Source: Catajapyx aquilonaris
Lineage: Eukaryota
Direction of reading: 5' to 3'
Length of the DNA stretch: 64,000 nucleotides
Assembly (NCBI GenBank): GCA_000934665.2
Contig: KZ538493.1
Coordinates: 1-64,000 of the forward strand
Below, piece by piece: positions 11,437-23,409 of this stretch (positions are counted from its first letter, which is position 1; each line of letters opens with the position of its first letter). Under the pieces are notes generated by a model that did not search any database, had not been told where the DNA came from, and worked only from the letters and a program-made list of their open reading frames with translations. A program made the translations under genes and the position numbers.

Positions 11437-12000
11437 TAAAACTGGAAGCAGGAGATGACTGAATTATTGACCCAACAAAATATAGGAAGTTGGGGAAATA
11501 TTTTATATTTTATATTTATTTTACTTACCCCATTGGGAGAATATCAGCACTCCTTTAGGGGGGTGGAATACCACCATTTTGTCATGTCAATTTTTCTAAT
11601 TTTTCTTCTAACTCTGGTGCAAGGATGAAAGGACATGCTGGGTAAGGTTAGGGATTTTTGGGGAGGGGTCACAGGTGCAAGTGCAATGTCTGAAAAGGGT
11701 CATGTGCAGTCCCCCAGGAGGCTAGGTTGCCAAGACGCCTCCTTAGGCGCGGGTCAGAGACCCACTGACGCAGGCGGAAGGAACTCCCGGGCGGGGATCA
11801 AACCCGTCCCGGGTTTGATCCCCGCCCGGGAGTTCCTTCCGCCTGCAAGCCGAGACGTTACCATCTCGGCCACCACGCCTCCCCCAAGTTGGGGCAATAT
11901 TGTTGTCCGTGTGAATGAAAACCCATCCCCATGCCAGAGTAAAGAAGTGGAATATTGCTTCAGCGGACAAGTGGAATTTCATGCCTCTGGTCATGAGAAT
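11437..12000 (+). pseudogene. Dead family unit: exon-3 homolog with a stop codon and SINE insertion; zinc-finger exon deleted
   Basis: The acceptor is followed by TAA in place of GAA, then NWKQEMTELL... and ...ASGHEN|gtgagt. Downstream sequence (about 12150-12490) resembles family 3' UTR with no ZF exon in between. Confidence 0.75.
11503..11885 (-). mobile_element. tRNA-derived SINE containing a perfect internal inverted duplication
   Basis: 16-bp TSD AAGTTGGGG[A/C]AATATT at 11487-11502 and 11886-11901; A/T-rich tail at 11503-11525; 37-bp perfect stem at 11770-11806 / 11810-11846. Confidence 0.8.
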
Positions 12001-12792
12001 GTGAGTGTCTTGCTTTAGGGCAAATATACGTTATGCATATGGTTACAAGGGGATGCAGCATTGGCAGGGAACTAATGCTGTGCATATGCAACGTCTTCAC
12101 GAAGCATAAGTAAAAAAAAAGAGAGAGAGACACCCTGAATCCTGCAGTGTTAGGGAACTTTCCCAGCAAGAAAAATTTCAAGAGACAGAATAATAAGTGA
12201 ATAAGTTTGGACATGTTTTCAGTTCAGTAATATGACCTGTGTCAAAATCTAATATTAAATGCCTTGTACTGTACAAGTAAGAGAATGCTGGTGAAATGCG
12301 AGACCAGGACATGCCAACCAGGAGGCCAGACTTGGATACTGGTTGTATGCTCATGATGATAATAAGTTGCACTTGAATTTTCAGCATCTATCTCCCCATT
12401 GCCTTATAATTTGTGTGAAATTTATTATTACTGAAAATAATACACCAGACATGGACATTCCCAGCCCACATTGAAGAGTTTTAACCTATTTATTTTGGTC
12501 ATTTTCCTTCAGTCAAATAATGACAATCACCGGAGTCATGTTTTCAGATCACTGATGATGGCACCTCCGTCACTTGTTGACGTAAATACTCATTTTCATA
12601 CAATTAGAAAACCTTAGCCAGTATTGTAAAATTAATGAAGGAAGACCTGGGAAGACCAAGTCATGTAGTATTTTTAATGCAAAAAGGTATTGTGAAGTTC
12701 AAGCCATTTAGTCATTTCGAACAGCTCCGTGGAGGCCGCTCCATTCCGTTTGTGTGAACATATGCAATGCTGTTTCTCTCTATTGCCTACAG

Positions 12793-12938
12793 AAGTGCAC
12801 CATGAAAGAAGCTCTGATGTTATTATTGAAGAGCATCGGTCAGAGCAGCATCAACATGGAGGGACGACTGCAAGGTTTGATCTTCTTGGAGGAAATGGAG
12901 GGTGGGCCGAAGGACAAGCAAACACTCTGGATGTAGAG
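12793..12938 (+). pseudogene. Orphan exon-2 homolog; promoter core and coiled-coil exon deleted
   Basis: 146-nt exon (EVHHERSSDVIIEE...LDVE) with intact AG/GT. Upstream, promoter-flank sequence (gaacagctccgtggaggcc) joins directly to intron-1 sequence at about 12737. Confidence 0.7.
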
Positions 12939-13879
12939 GTAAGCTGTACCTGAATTTTTCTGCTTGAGGTTTATGGTAGGTCCACCAAATGTCAATGTTT
13001 CATTATGCTGTAGAAATGGCTAATATGAGGTCTCCCGTGGCTCGATTTGGTAGTATTATAATACAACCAAACAAAATAATTTTTTAAAAAATTTACTGGT
13101 ATAACCCTGACGGAAATTTCGTTCACCATAGCCCTAGGAAATGTTCACAGTTTATATCTTCAGGGGTATTTACGCCACTGGCGTGATATTTTTAATGGCA
13201 CGCCATCATATGCCTAAGGTTTCATTCATTTAGATAGATTAGATCAAAAACATTCCCTTCAGTGAAAAAAGGGTAGTAAGACCTCAGTGGCGGAATAAAA
13301 GTACTGAAACAAGGCTGGCGCACGTAAGACCTTCACCAATTGATTTAAGCTGTACTCAAGCAATTACCAATTTACTAATGAAATCTCCTTTCTGAAAACA
13401 AATTTGTGGAATTTCTGTCGTACTACTAGTTACTTCTAACTTAGCAGTACCAGTGTAGTGCAATGGTACTGCTAAGTTAGCAGTAACTACAGACCTATAG
13501 TTAATAGTAATAATAGTACGACGAAAATTACGTTTATGGCGTAACCTATCTGTACTGCAGGAAGTACTGCACAACCGACACCATTTCCTTCTGCAATAGT
13601 AGTGGAAGACCCGTGAAGCACGGGTTTGCTGCTGGTGGGGCTGACAGAGGGTGGCCAGTGTTGGATTCTCAGCACCCACGCGTATAAATTATACGAGTGT
13701 ATAGGCAAGAGCTGTATGGGCTGGTTCTACTGGAATATGACCTGTGAATAAGGAAAATGACGTCCTTCAATCTCTTGAATTAATAAGAACACGTTATTTA
13801 CATCCATTACTATGAAACCGTCATATTGTTGTCAACAATATGGAAAACGGAAAAACGCGGAATTTTTAGGGGGCTTTTA

Positions 13880-14029
13880 AGGCCATTTCACAAAAAAAAT
13901 GTCGCGCGGCAAACGGCGCGACTTGCGGCAAATTTTTATTTATATTTATTGTTGCCGATTGTTGGCAACAATAAAATTTGCCGCAAGTCGCGCCGTTTGC
14001 CGCGCGACATTTTTTTTGTGAAATGGCCT
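13880..14029. mobile_element. PIF/Harbinger (Tourist-like) MITE
   Basis: Near-perfect 150-bp hairpin AGGCCATTTCAC...GTGAAATGGCCT with TTA TSD. Confidence 0.85.
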
Positions 14030-14180
14030 TTAGACTCCAAACATTGCGGATTTTGGAGTTTTTCTGGACTCAGGGAAGCGTAAGACATGGGTGGGAAAAA
14101 TTTCAGTGCTCTCAGTACCCGGAAGTGGGTTAAGTATGCGTGATAAATATACAAAGATATAAAATTAAAAATTTTCACCG

Positions 14181-14370
14181 AAGCAGGTTGGTGTAGTGGA
14201 TATGGAGTCCGCCTGCTAATCGGGAGGTCCTGGGTTCGAGGTTCGAATCCCGGTGCCGGCAACTCTGACCGTGGTTTTCTGTGGTTTCCCACGGTTCCTC
14301 CAGGTGAATACCGGAGTTGTTTCCTAGTTAATAGGCCACAGCCGCTTCCTTCCATCCCTATCCCGTCCCA
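14181..14370 (+). mobile_element. tRNA-derived SINE (second family)
   Basis: A-box TGGTGTAGTGG, B-box GGTTCGAATCCC, body gtggtttccc...ccaggtgaataccgg...aggccacagccgcttccttcc typical of invertebrate SINEs; no 3' acceptor stem. Confidence 0.7.
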
Positions 14371-15052
14371 AAAAGCGAAATAAAGGTTACAAGAGTTCCA
14401 GCCAAAAAAACAAATCTCCCCCCTAAAAAGCCAGAACGGCTTCAATGGGGTATGATATTATTATAAATTACAAATTTTCAGCTTTATATTAATAGGGATT
14501 GGGTTTTGACCACTTCCAATAACCGAAAATATTATCCAAAGAATGCCTCATTTTCAAAATGTCGCGATTTTGTCCCTCGCCACAGTATTTCGCAATTTGG
14601 CTGAAACTTGATATGCAGTGTTACGGCCAAAGAGCTTGGTTACGGCATAGTTGTGTACAGAGTTGTGATTATTTTCAGAAAAATCCGAGATGGTCTCGCA
14701 ACATTTAGGCCCACTTGATTGGGAAAAAACCGCTATATATATTTGAGGATTTTGGTTTTTTGACTGCCCCAAGGTCAAAAACGAATCAAAGACAAAATGA
14801 ATGCCCATTATGAGTTACCTGTGACCTAAGGAACATGAATATGATGATGAATTTCCATGGCCAAATATCGTGTTGCATAGTGTAATCACATCCCACTCTG
14901 GCCTACATGAGGAGGACAGAGCATAGCCCATTGTCTCTACTCATGTTGAATTGTTACTGTCTCACGTTTCGCAACTTAATTTTGCATGCTGGTTTAGGGA
15001 GATAAAGGGTATTTTGGGAGTAGCTAATTTTTATCCATTGATATATCCAAAG

Positions 15053-15799
15053 AACCAGCTGCCATCAAGGGACCCTTTTCAATGTGGCATCTGCAACAAG
15101 ACTTTCAACATTCCATCTGCTCTGGAAGAATGTGTCAAGTCCCATGAAGTGAAAGTTGAACAGGAAGAGGAGGTTATGGAGGTTATGGAGGTTTCTCAGT
15201 CGGGACAACAGAACAACTTTGTGGCACAAGGGGAGTCATCTGAAGGAAGTGCATCTCCAGAGCTCCTCCAGGCAAATGAGACTGAGAGGATCCTTTCAAG
15301 ACGCACAAGGAAAGAAAAGGGAGGGAAAGGGGCCAAAAAATCCGCATCGTTCTGTTGCAAAGCCTGTGCATATGCTACCAATGAAAAGAAAGAGTTTGTT
15401 TCTCATCAGCTGACCCATTCAGCACATGGTAAGGTCCGTCCAGGAGGGAGTAAATCAAAATTTTCCTGCAAATTGTGTGGTGCCAGCTTCACTTCTAAAC
15501 TATCTCAATCTATTCACATGAAAGCTGTTCACCATGTGTTAAAACCTTACCAGTGTGAGGTGTGTGGAATGGCATTTGGCAGTCCTTCTCATCTGAAAAG
15601 GCACAGCATGGTCCACACAGGTGAAAAACCATTCAGTTGTCAAGTGTGCCTTAAATGCTTTGGAAGAAAACCTGATCTGATGAAGCATATGCGCAAACAT
15701 ACAGGAGAAAAGCCATATTCTTGCCAGTTTTGCAATCGTAAGTTCAAGGATAATTCTAGCATGCATAGACATGTCCGACGATATCATGCCGCAATGTGA
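15053..15799 (+). CDS. Intact C2H2 zinc-finger terminal exon lacking its own intact upstream exons
   Basis: Phase-0 acceptor ccaaag|AAC; 249 codons with the full finger set. The nearest upstream family exons are the remnants at 12793-12938 and 11437-12000. Confidence 0.75.
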   Translation, partial: NQLPSRDPFQCGICNKTFNIPSALEECVKSHEVKVEQEEEVMEVMEVSQSGQQNNFVAQGESSEGSASPELLQANETERILSRRTRKEKGGKGAKKSASFCCKACAYATNEKKEFVSHQLTHSAHGKVRPGGSKSKFSCKLCGASFTSKLSQSIHMKAVHHVLKPYQCEVCGMAFGSPSHLKRHSMVHTGEKPFSCQVCLKCFGRKPDLMKHMRKHTGEKPYSCQFCNRKFKDNSSMHRHVRRYHAAM

Positions 15800-16674
15800 A
15801 CCTCACTCAATTCTGAGGAAGAAAATTTTGTCGAGTTTTTGAGTTGTTACAGACGTTTCACAGTATGAGAAATCACATTTCACTACTGCCACTGTATGCT
15901 ACTACTCACAGTCAGAAGCAACTTTACTTTTTTTGTTTTATTTAAACTATTGCAACAGGAAGTTTGTGATATGTACTGAGTTCATTATGACCTGTGTCAA
16001 AATGTAAGGAACAATAATGCCCACCACATGCAGGAGAAAATAATGAAATGCAAATGAAATGCAACACCAGGACGAGCTGAGCCTGAGAAAAGACTTGGAT
16101 GTGTACTGTATAAATGTTGGTGATGGAGTTGCTGGGAAATATATTCAGGGAACATTATTTGTTGGTGATTTTATTGATTTGTATGAAAGTCTATTCAAAT
16201 ACACACGTCATGGATTTCTCCAGCCCACATTGAAGAGTTTTAACTAATTTTTAAATGTCACATTAACACAATCAAGTGGACACACTTATAATATTGCTGT
16301 GTTTACATTCCAGGTTACAGCTTGTGATGTTGCCTCGCTTCATGTGAATAAACCTTTTGATCAAATTGGAAAACATTACAACCGGCTTGGTGACATGGCT
16401 GTATATTAAATGAAGTGCCTCAATGAAGCTCATGTTGTATTTTAAATGAAAAAAGGTATCGTGAAAATGCAAGCCAGATAGTGATTTGCAATTTGAACAG
16501 TTCCTAGGAGGCCACTTGGCGTCGATCCGAATGCGCCCAACATGGCGTCAGATTAGTTCTCTACCTTTTTCCTCTGCTCCCATCGCTTCGTTTCCTCCCT
16601 TCCTCTGGACACTGGCCCATCATTCTCCCCTCTTCAAGACTGCCCTGCTTGTTCGTGGAACTGGTGAGGAGGAC

Positions 16675-18812
16675 ATGGCCACCCAACCACCAACCTGGTT
16701 GCCCCACATTGTGTCCCTCCTGGAACGAAGCCTGGCTCAGACCGACAGGATGGAGAGGACCATGGCAGAGATGGACAGGAGGATGGCCAGGATAGAAGGG
16801 TTCATCCTGAGGGAGGAAGGGGATGGAGGTTGGGTGGAATTCAGAGTCCCGGAAAGCCCTACTCTCTCATTTCTCTCTACATTATTTACTTTCTGTTCCC
16901 TACAGAACTGCATCACGAAAGAAGCCATGATGTTACCGTTGAAGATTATGAATTAGAGCAGCCTCTACATCAAGGGACTTCAGCAATTTTTGATCTTCAC
17001 GGAGGAAACTCTGGACAGGCTGAAGTAGCAAACAGGACTTTAGAAATACAGGCAAGCTGCTTGTCATTCTTCTGTGGATGTCGAGTGTTAGCATCTTCAT
17101 GGGTTTAAGGCTTTGGGGTGTTAAGGTAAAGGCCGGTATCCACGTACAAGTTTTCTCGTATACGAGGAGCCAACTGCGCATGCCCGGATACGAGGAATGA
17201 GGAAAAGTTGAAAATTTTCAACTTTAATCCCCTTTTTGGGGGACAAGAGGGGCCCTGACGCGACAAAGAGTCCGTCTCGACGTACAACATTTCTCGTGTA
17301 CGAAGACTCGCATACGAGGAACTCGCACGTTGATACTGGCCTTTAGGCTGGCTAAAGGTTCATTCACACAGCCATCTGTGTTTCTGGCGAAATATTTCTG
17401 TTTAAATCATTCTAACGATCGTTTATTTTTAAAAAGCATTTTTGAGTGAGTCCGAAGGATGATGCTTGATTCTGCTGAAGTATTGCCTAGTCACTCAAGA
17501 TGGGTTTTGCGATTTACATATTTAAGCACATTGAAATGCAAAGGAATTTTGATTAATGAAATTATTTTCCATCAGGAAAACTGCAAGCAGGAGGTGACTG
17601 AATTATTGACACTACAAAATGAAGGAAGAGATGCTGCTGTAACTATAACTGAAAACCCATCTCTATACCAGGGTAATGAAGTGAATGATTCCTTCATTGG
17701 ACAAGTGGAATTGCATACATCTGGACATGAGAATGTGAGTGTATTTTCTTTGGATATTAACATTAACCATGGTTATAGGGAGGCTGTCTGGAAGAGAAAT
17801 GTGTAGACAGGAGGGGATTGTTGGGGCTACAAAGTGTGGCATGTTCTCACGACACAGTCAAGCTGCCAAGAATGTGTCACAGCAGTAGCAGCTTAGAAGA
17901 ACTGTTTTTTTTTCTCTTCTGGTGCAAAGTCAAAGAAATGTTAACGTCTCAGTTTCTGTAAAGTAATCGTGTCACACATCCACCTTATATAAATCACCAC
18001 AAAATTTTGTAAGTGATTTATATAAGTGTCTGAGGAAGCTTAAACTGATTCAAATTCATTTGTATCCAAAGAACCAGCTGCCCTCCAGGGACCCTTTTCA
18101 ATGTGGAATCTGCAACAAGACTTTCAACATTCCATCTGCTCTGGAAGAATGTGTCAAATCTCATGAAGTGAAAGCTGAAGAGGAAGAGAAGGTTATGGAG
18201 GTTTCTGAGTTAGGACAACAACACATCTTTGTGGCACAGGGAGAATCATCTGGAGGAAGTGCATCTCCAAAGCGTCTCCTGGAAAATGAGACTGAGAGGA
18301 CCCTATTAAGATCCAGAAGGAAAGAAAAGGGAGGGAAAGGGGCCAAAAAACCTGCATCGTTCTGTTGCAAACTGTGTTCATATGCTACCAGTGAAAAGGT
18401 GCAATTTATTTCTCATCAGCTGACCCATTCAGCACATGGTAAGGTCCATCCAGGAGTGAGTAAATCAAAATTTTACTGCAAATTGTGTGGTGCCAGCTTC
18501 ACCGCTAAAGGATCTCTATCTTGTCATATGAAAGCTGTTCACCTTAGAATAAAGCCTCACCAGTGTGAGGTATGTCGGATGGCTTTTAGCAAATCTCACG
18601 ATCTGAAGCGTCACAGAATGACCCACACAGGTGAGCAACCATTCAGTTGTCATGTCTGTCATCAACGTTTTGTTGCAAAATCTTATTTGACTAGGCATTT
18701 GCGCACACATACAGGAGGAAAGCCTACTTATTCTTGTCAATTCTGTGATCATAAGTTCTCCACGAAGGAGGGGATGACTAAGCATTTGCGACGTCGCCAT
18801 GCAACAACTTGA
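16675..18812 (+). CDS. Complete 4-exon coiled-coil + C2H2 zinc-finger protein (short coiled-coil form)
   Basis: Exons 16675-16828, 16906-17051 (GC donor), 17576-17734 and 18072-18812; phases 1/0/0; frame continuous. Confidence 0.85.
17130..17342. mobile_element. PIF/Harbinger (Tourist-like) MITE in intron 2
   Basis: Imperfect TIRs AGGCCGGTATCCACGT...ACGTTGATACTGGCCT flanked by TAA/TTA. Confidence 0.65.
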
Positions 18813-19327
18813 AACCACACTCAATCCCAGGAAGAAAAAATGTATAAGAGTGTTTCCATGATGTTACAGAATAACTTAGGGTATGGGAAGGCACATTTAT
18901 ACTGAATGGTACTGTACTGCTCAGATGTAATGATTTCGATAGATTTTGTAAGTTATTTATGATGAAACATTAAAAATTTTTTGCTACTGAAGGAAATAAT
19001 TATTTTGCTTGAGACCCTGGGGGAGGATTCATTAAATGTCATTTTTGTTTTCTTCAATTATATTTATTTAAAAACTGGCTGGTACTCATTTGTTTTACAA
19101 CAGGTTCTGTGGCATCGATCCGAACACACCCTCTGTGAACAGTTCGGTTGTTACGCCAACCCGAACGGTCCTTCCCAAGATGGCCGCCCGTTAGCGTCGC
19201 TTCACCTGACTGAGCAAACTACACCCATCTTGCTCTGCCCCTTCCTCTGCCCACAGCCGGTCCGCTCCTGGCTCACTGCCTGACGCCTGGTCTGGCCCGT
19301 CTCATGGAGCGTAGAACCTGCCTGGAC

Positions 19328-21519
19328 ATGGCCAGCAGCACCCCATCAGCGGCGGTCATCCCGGTGGCGGACGTGGACGGGAGCCTACTTCAGATGCTGC
19401 GAGTCATCTACAAGATGGTCGAGAGGAGTCTGATCCAGTCGGATAGGATTGAGAAGGAGGTGCGGCGGGTGGGGCTCACGGTGCAGGACATTGGGAGAAG
19501 GGTGGGAGAAGTGGAGAGGAGGCTGGGGAGGATGGAGAGCGTCATTGTCAAGAGTGATGGTACGGGAGGACAGGACGAAGGTGAAATATGCATGTTACAA
19601 AAATGTATCATTGACGTTGTCAGGCATCTCAACATGCTGCCAACTCCACAGGTCTGCAAGAAGAGAGGAAGCGTCTTCCCAGTGAAACCTCGGCACCGCA
19701 GTATGAAGAGGAAGAATATCCGGAAGCACATGTCGAGCCGCAAATGTCATGTGGGGGTCCAGGTGTTGCAGCCGTCTTTATCCAGAAGGTGGAGCCGCCT
19801 GATGACAATTTAGAAGTTGAGGTGAGGATTCTTTTGAAATATATCTTGCAGATGTGTCGCAGAAGTGTCAACCAGAGTGCGTTGAAATAGTGCACTGTGT
19901 CATATATTTGACTGCAATGAGATACAGTTGAAAATTTTTGTTGTTAATCATAATGGACTCCTGATGATGGCTTTCTTATGTTTGGACAGGAGGAAGACTG
20001 GAAACCGGATTTGGGTGAATCCTCGCAGAGTGTTGAAGGGAATGATGACGAACCTGCTGGAGTCAATTACTCACTCATGGAGGACGGAAATAGCGAGGGT
20101 CACTCTTCAATGGGGAAACAGGAATTTTTTGCAGCAGTACCTGGCACTGTGAGTCGTACTTGGAGCATTATTTGCATTGCTTAAGAAACGTGTGTCAAAC
20201 GTGATCTGAAAATATGTAACCTGGTGGCTGATATTCCGCAATTGAAAAAAATTAATTGGCTACCAAATGTAATAATTTCCTTGAGTCGTGATATTGGTTT
20301 TCCAAATTGCGGTTACTTGCAACTAAATTTAACTTTGTGTTTCTGGCCATATTTGTAGCGTGATTTATCAAGAGCCATTGCATTATGCTGTATTCCTCAA
20401 TTTTCGAAATTAATATTTTTGCATAGTTATCGACACGAAACATAATGAAGTCGCAATACAGGAATTAAGAGTCAGCAATTTATATGCTGTTATTGAACTG
20501 TCATAATTGGCTGTGATATTTTAAAAGGATTATAAAGAATGAACATTTGATGTAATTTTATGGATAGAGTTAATAGGGGGAATTGTCAATTTTTCTATGT
20601 CACTTTGGTAGCACTTGCTCAAGGAAGGAAAGACGGCATCATATTTACTTAACAAAATGTAAACAGCTACAATCTCACCGATTGGGCTCATTCCTGTACT
20701 CTAAGGTAATGGTATACCAACTGCAATCTCTCACAGTTGTATACTTCCTCGTAGGAAATCCAGGTGAACCCTCGTGCATCCTCCCAGTACCTGGTCACCG
20801 CCGCAATCACTGGGCAAAGGGTGGGTGGCCTCTTCAGTTCAATTTCTTCATGAGTTGAACTGCTAATAACTCATTTACTTTTCCGTTTCCTGCTTGTCGA
20901 TTATTTCTTTGTTTAATTTTTTGAATTGCAATATCCCCACGTTATACTCGACCAGTTGCTTACGATATCAAGTGTTGATTGTGATTCCACACAAAAGTAG
21001 AGGACAGCATCGTTACTTTAATAGGCATTACTACATTTATTATTCGTAGTGGAATATCATGTTGAATCACATTTTGCCAGCATATATTGCCATTATCACA
21101 TGTCTGTATTTCAGCCATCAAACTGGGCACCTGTAAGTGGGAAAGAACGTGCACGAAGATACCGGCAAAGATTGAAGGAAGATCCTCTGAAATGGCAGAA
21201 ATACAAGGAAAGGGACAGACAACGGCGCATGATGAGGAAACTAGGAGGGAAAGTGGACAGCATATCTGACAAGCCACTTTGGCAGCAAGAATTGCAGCGA
21301 GAGAATTGGAAACGAAGACAGAGGAAAAGACGAATGCTAAACAAAACACTTTCAAGCACCGAAGAAGACAACTCCCAGCCTCATCCAGTTTCTGAAGCTC
21401 CGACAAAGTTGGAAGGAGTGACAAATTCGGAAGCAGTGACAAATTCGGAAGCAATGGCAAATTCGGAAGCAGTGACAAATTCGGAAGCAATGACAAATTC
21501 GGAAGCAGTGGATACATAG
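19328..21519 (+). CDS. Coiled-coil family protein ending in a basic helical domain (no zinc fingers)
   Basis: Exons 19328-19580 (MVERSLIQSDRIEKEV...; possible upstream ATG at 19304), 19652-19821, 19990-20148, an optional 66-nt exon at 20755-20820, and 21115-21519 (SGKERARRYRQRLKEDPLKWQKYKERDRQRR...RENWKRRQRKRR). Phases 1/0/0, as in the ZF paralogs. Confidence 0.75.
21418..21510 (+). repeat. 18-bp coding tandem repeat (VTNSEA x5)
   Basis: Five copies of [g/a]tg[a/g]caaattcggaagca just before the stop codon. Confidence 0.9.
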
Positions 21520-23252
21520 TAGTAAAATTATCTAGGTACGACAGCAGGTTAGTGAAATGAAGGATAGTGAACGGGAAAGACCATCACCAGGTGGAACAAT
21601 CCAGCCACTGTACATCTTGAAAAAATGAAGAAATTACTTGCCCGGCATAGGCACAGCAGCTTCAACATGTTCAGTGTGAAATGCTCCGAGATTAAATATT
21701 TGCAGACCTTTGCGGCTCACTACTGTGCGATAGTTTTTAGGTCTCGTATATTTTGCAGCAACGATTCACAGGATATGCTTTTTTCACCTTTCGCTATTCA
21801 GTACTGACCTACGTACTTTTAAGTACTTACGGACATGAAGTACTAAGCGAGAAGTATTGAGGCTTGTTAGTTCTGCTGATTTACACAGCAACTGGTGTCT
21901 ATATTTATCATGATAGCGGATTTTTGCAAGTGGAAGTGACGTGACCGTGGTGTATGTTACAATCAGGTGGAATATTTCGAGCACTGGTACAGTTCTAGTT
22001 GGGTGTAAAATTAAACTATGCACAGTCGGCAGTGAAATTATAACACTCGTGAGCATTGACAGAATGTAATGTATTCTTGTTAACATTTTAATTCTGTTAC
22101 AATTTGATTTTCATTTTTATTCGACACTGAAGGTCATATAGTTGCACAAATTGTTGCTTATAAGAAGTAGTCTCTCATGTTAAGTATATCTGCTTATCTG
22201 AACCATAGTGGGCCCTACTGTCACCGTAGCATGAGCTTTTAATTTATTCATGTTCACATGGAGTGTCGGGAAGTTCAGTGGATAATGAATTGTAAATAAT
22301 TTAAGTTTATCTTTTTCAGATTATATTAATGCAATGTTTGCATTAACAAACGATGCTGTTTTTAGACCTGTGAGGATGATTGCAAGAAAGTTGCAATCAC
22401 TGGTTAATGTATTTGTTGGAGCTGCCTCGAAAAATATTGGGAACTTCACTATCAACTTGTCTAGAGCAAAATTTTTATTTATAACGATTACGTTGAATGT
22501 TTTTTAAGAATTAATGTCTCCAATGCAGTTCCACTTCTTTGTCTGGCATGGCGTGTTGCAAAATGCTTTTAGTGTCCCTTCGTGTTGCAGTCGGAGTGAT
22601 GGATACCAGTGAAGAATTCAATAAGGTAGAAACAATTAGCAGTGCAGTGATAGATTTATTACACAATCATTTTATAGGTAAGCACGCTTTACTGGATTTT
22701 TAAAAAGTGCAACATTACACTAGTGGAATCAGCAGATTTACAAGGCTAGTATAGTCAGCGCACACTACGAGAGTCTACATGGAGCGAGACGCAAGAAAGA
22801 AGTGCTCAAAACGTTTTTTATACCACTCCGCCACTCTTTGACTGCATCTGTCACATTTTATAGGGTTATTCATGCGCCCTTCTTTTCCAGTCTCTGTATT
22901 CGCACCATTGTTGAACCTTATAAGTGCAGCGACCATGTGAACAGGTTGGAAAAATTGGCAGCAGCTTGTGTCTTTCATCATTGGAGATAGTGTGGGAAAA
23001 TAAATAATAATAAAAAAAGCCTTTCATAATGTTCTCTCTGAAATTTATTTTCCTTTTCATATCATTCTTTTTGGTTAGCGGAGGGGGTACGATGCTCCGA
23101 GGAGCTACGAGGTAAAAAAAAAAAAAAATCCAAAATGCAAACAGTGCATTTATGCTACAAATTAATAGTTCAGCAATGATCTCATGAAATGTTGCAATTA
23201 TGTTAAAAATTTGGCCCCGGGGCGGACTGCCCTCCCTTCAAACGATACTCTC

Positions 23253-23300
23253 AATCGATATATCGGCCACTATTATCGATACATCGAAAAAAGATGGCCG
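23253..23300 (+). promoter_or_regulatory. Housekeeping-type promoter of Taspase 1: DRE plus YY1-like motif
   Basis: TATCGATA at 23274-23281 with further ATCGA(TA) half-sites, and AAGATGGCCG at 23291-23300, about 110 bp before the ATG. Confidence 0.55.
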
Positions 23301-23409
23301 CCTTCTAGTGTCCTTTCTTTTTTTGTTGTTCTTCAGTCAAACTTGAACCCGGATTTTTATTCTAGGACTCGTCGCCATTCAGGGAATACCACTGCAGGTG
23401 TGCCAAGCC

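Noticed and set aside
14951..15052. N-terminal extensions and non-ATG starts of ZF ORFs in the ORF track (170, 7922, 14951, 18060, 59948, 62623)
   Set aside because: They are intronic sequence upstream of the conserved ccaaag acceptor; the real N-termini come from spliced exons.
20960..21517. 185-aa minus-strand ORF with LLPNLS repeats resembling a leucine-rich repeat
   Set aside because: It is the antisense reading of the 18-bp VTNSEA coding repeat and the basic exon.
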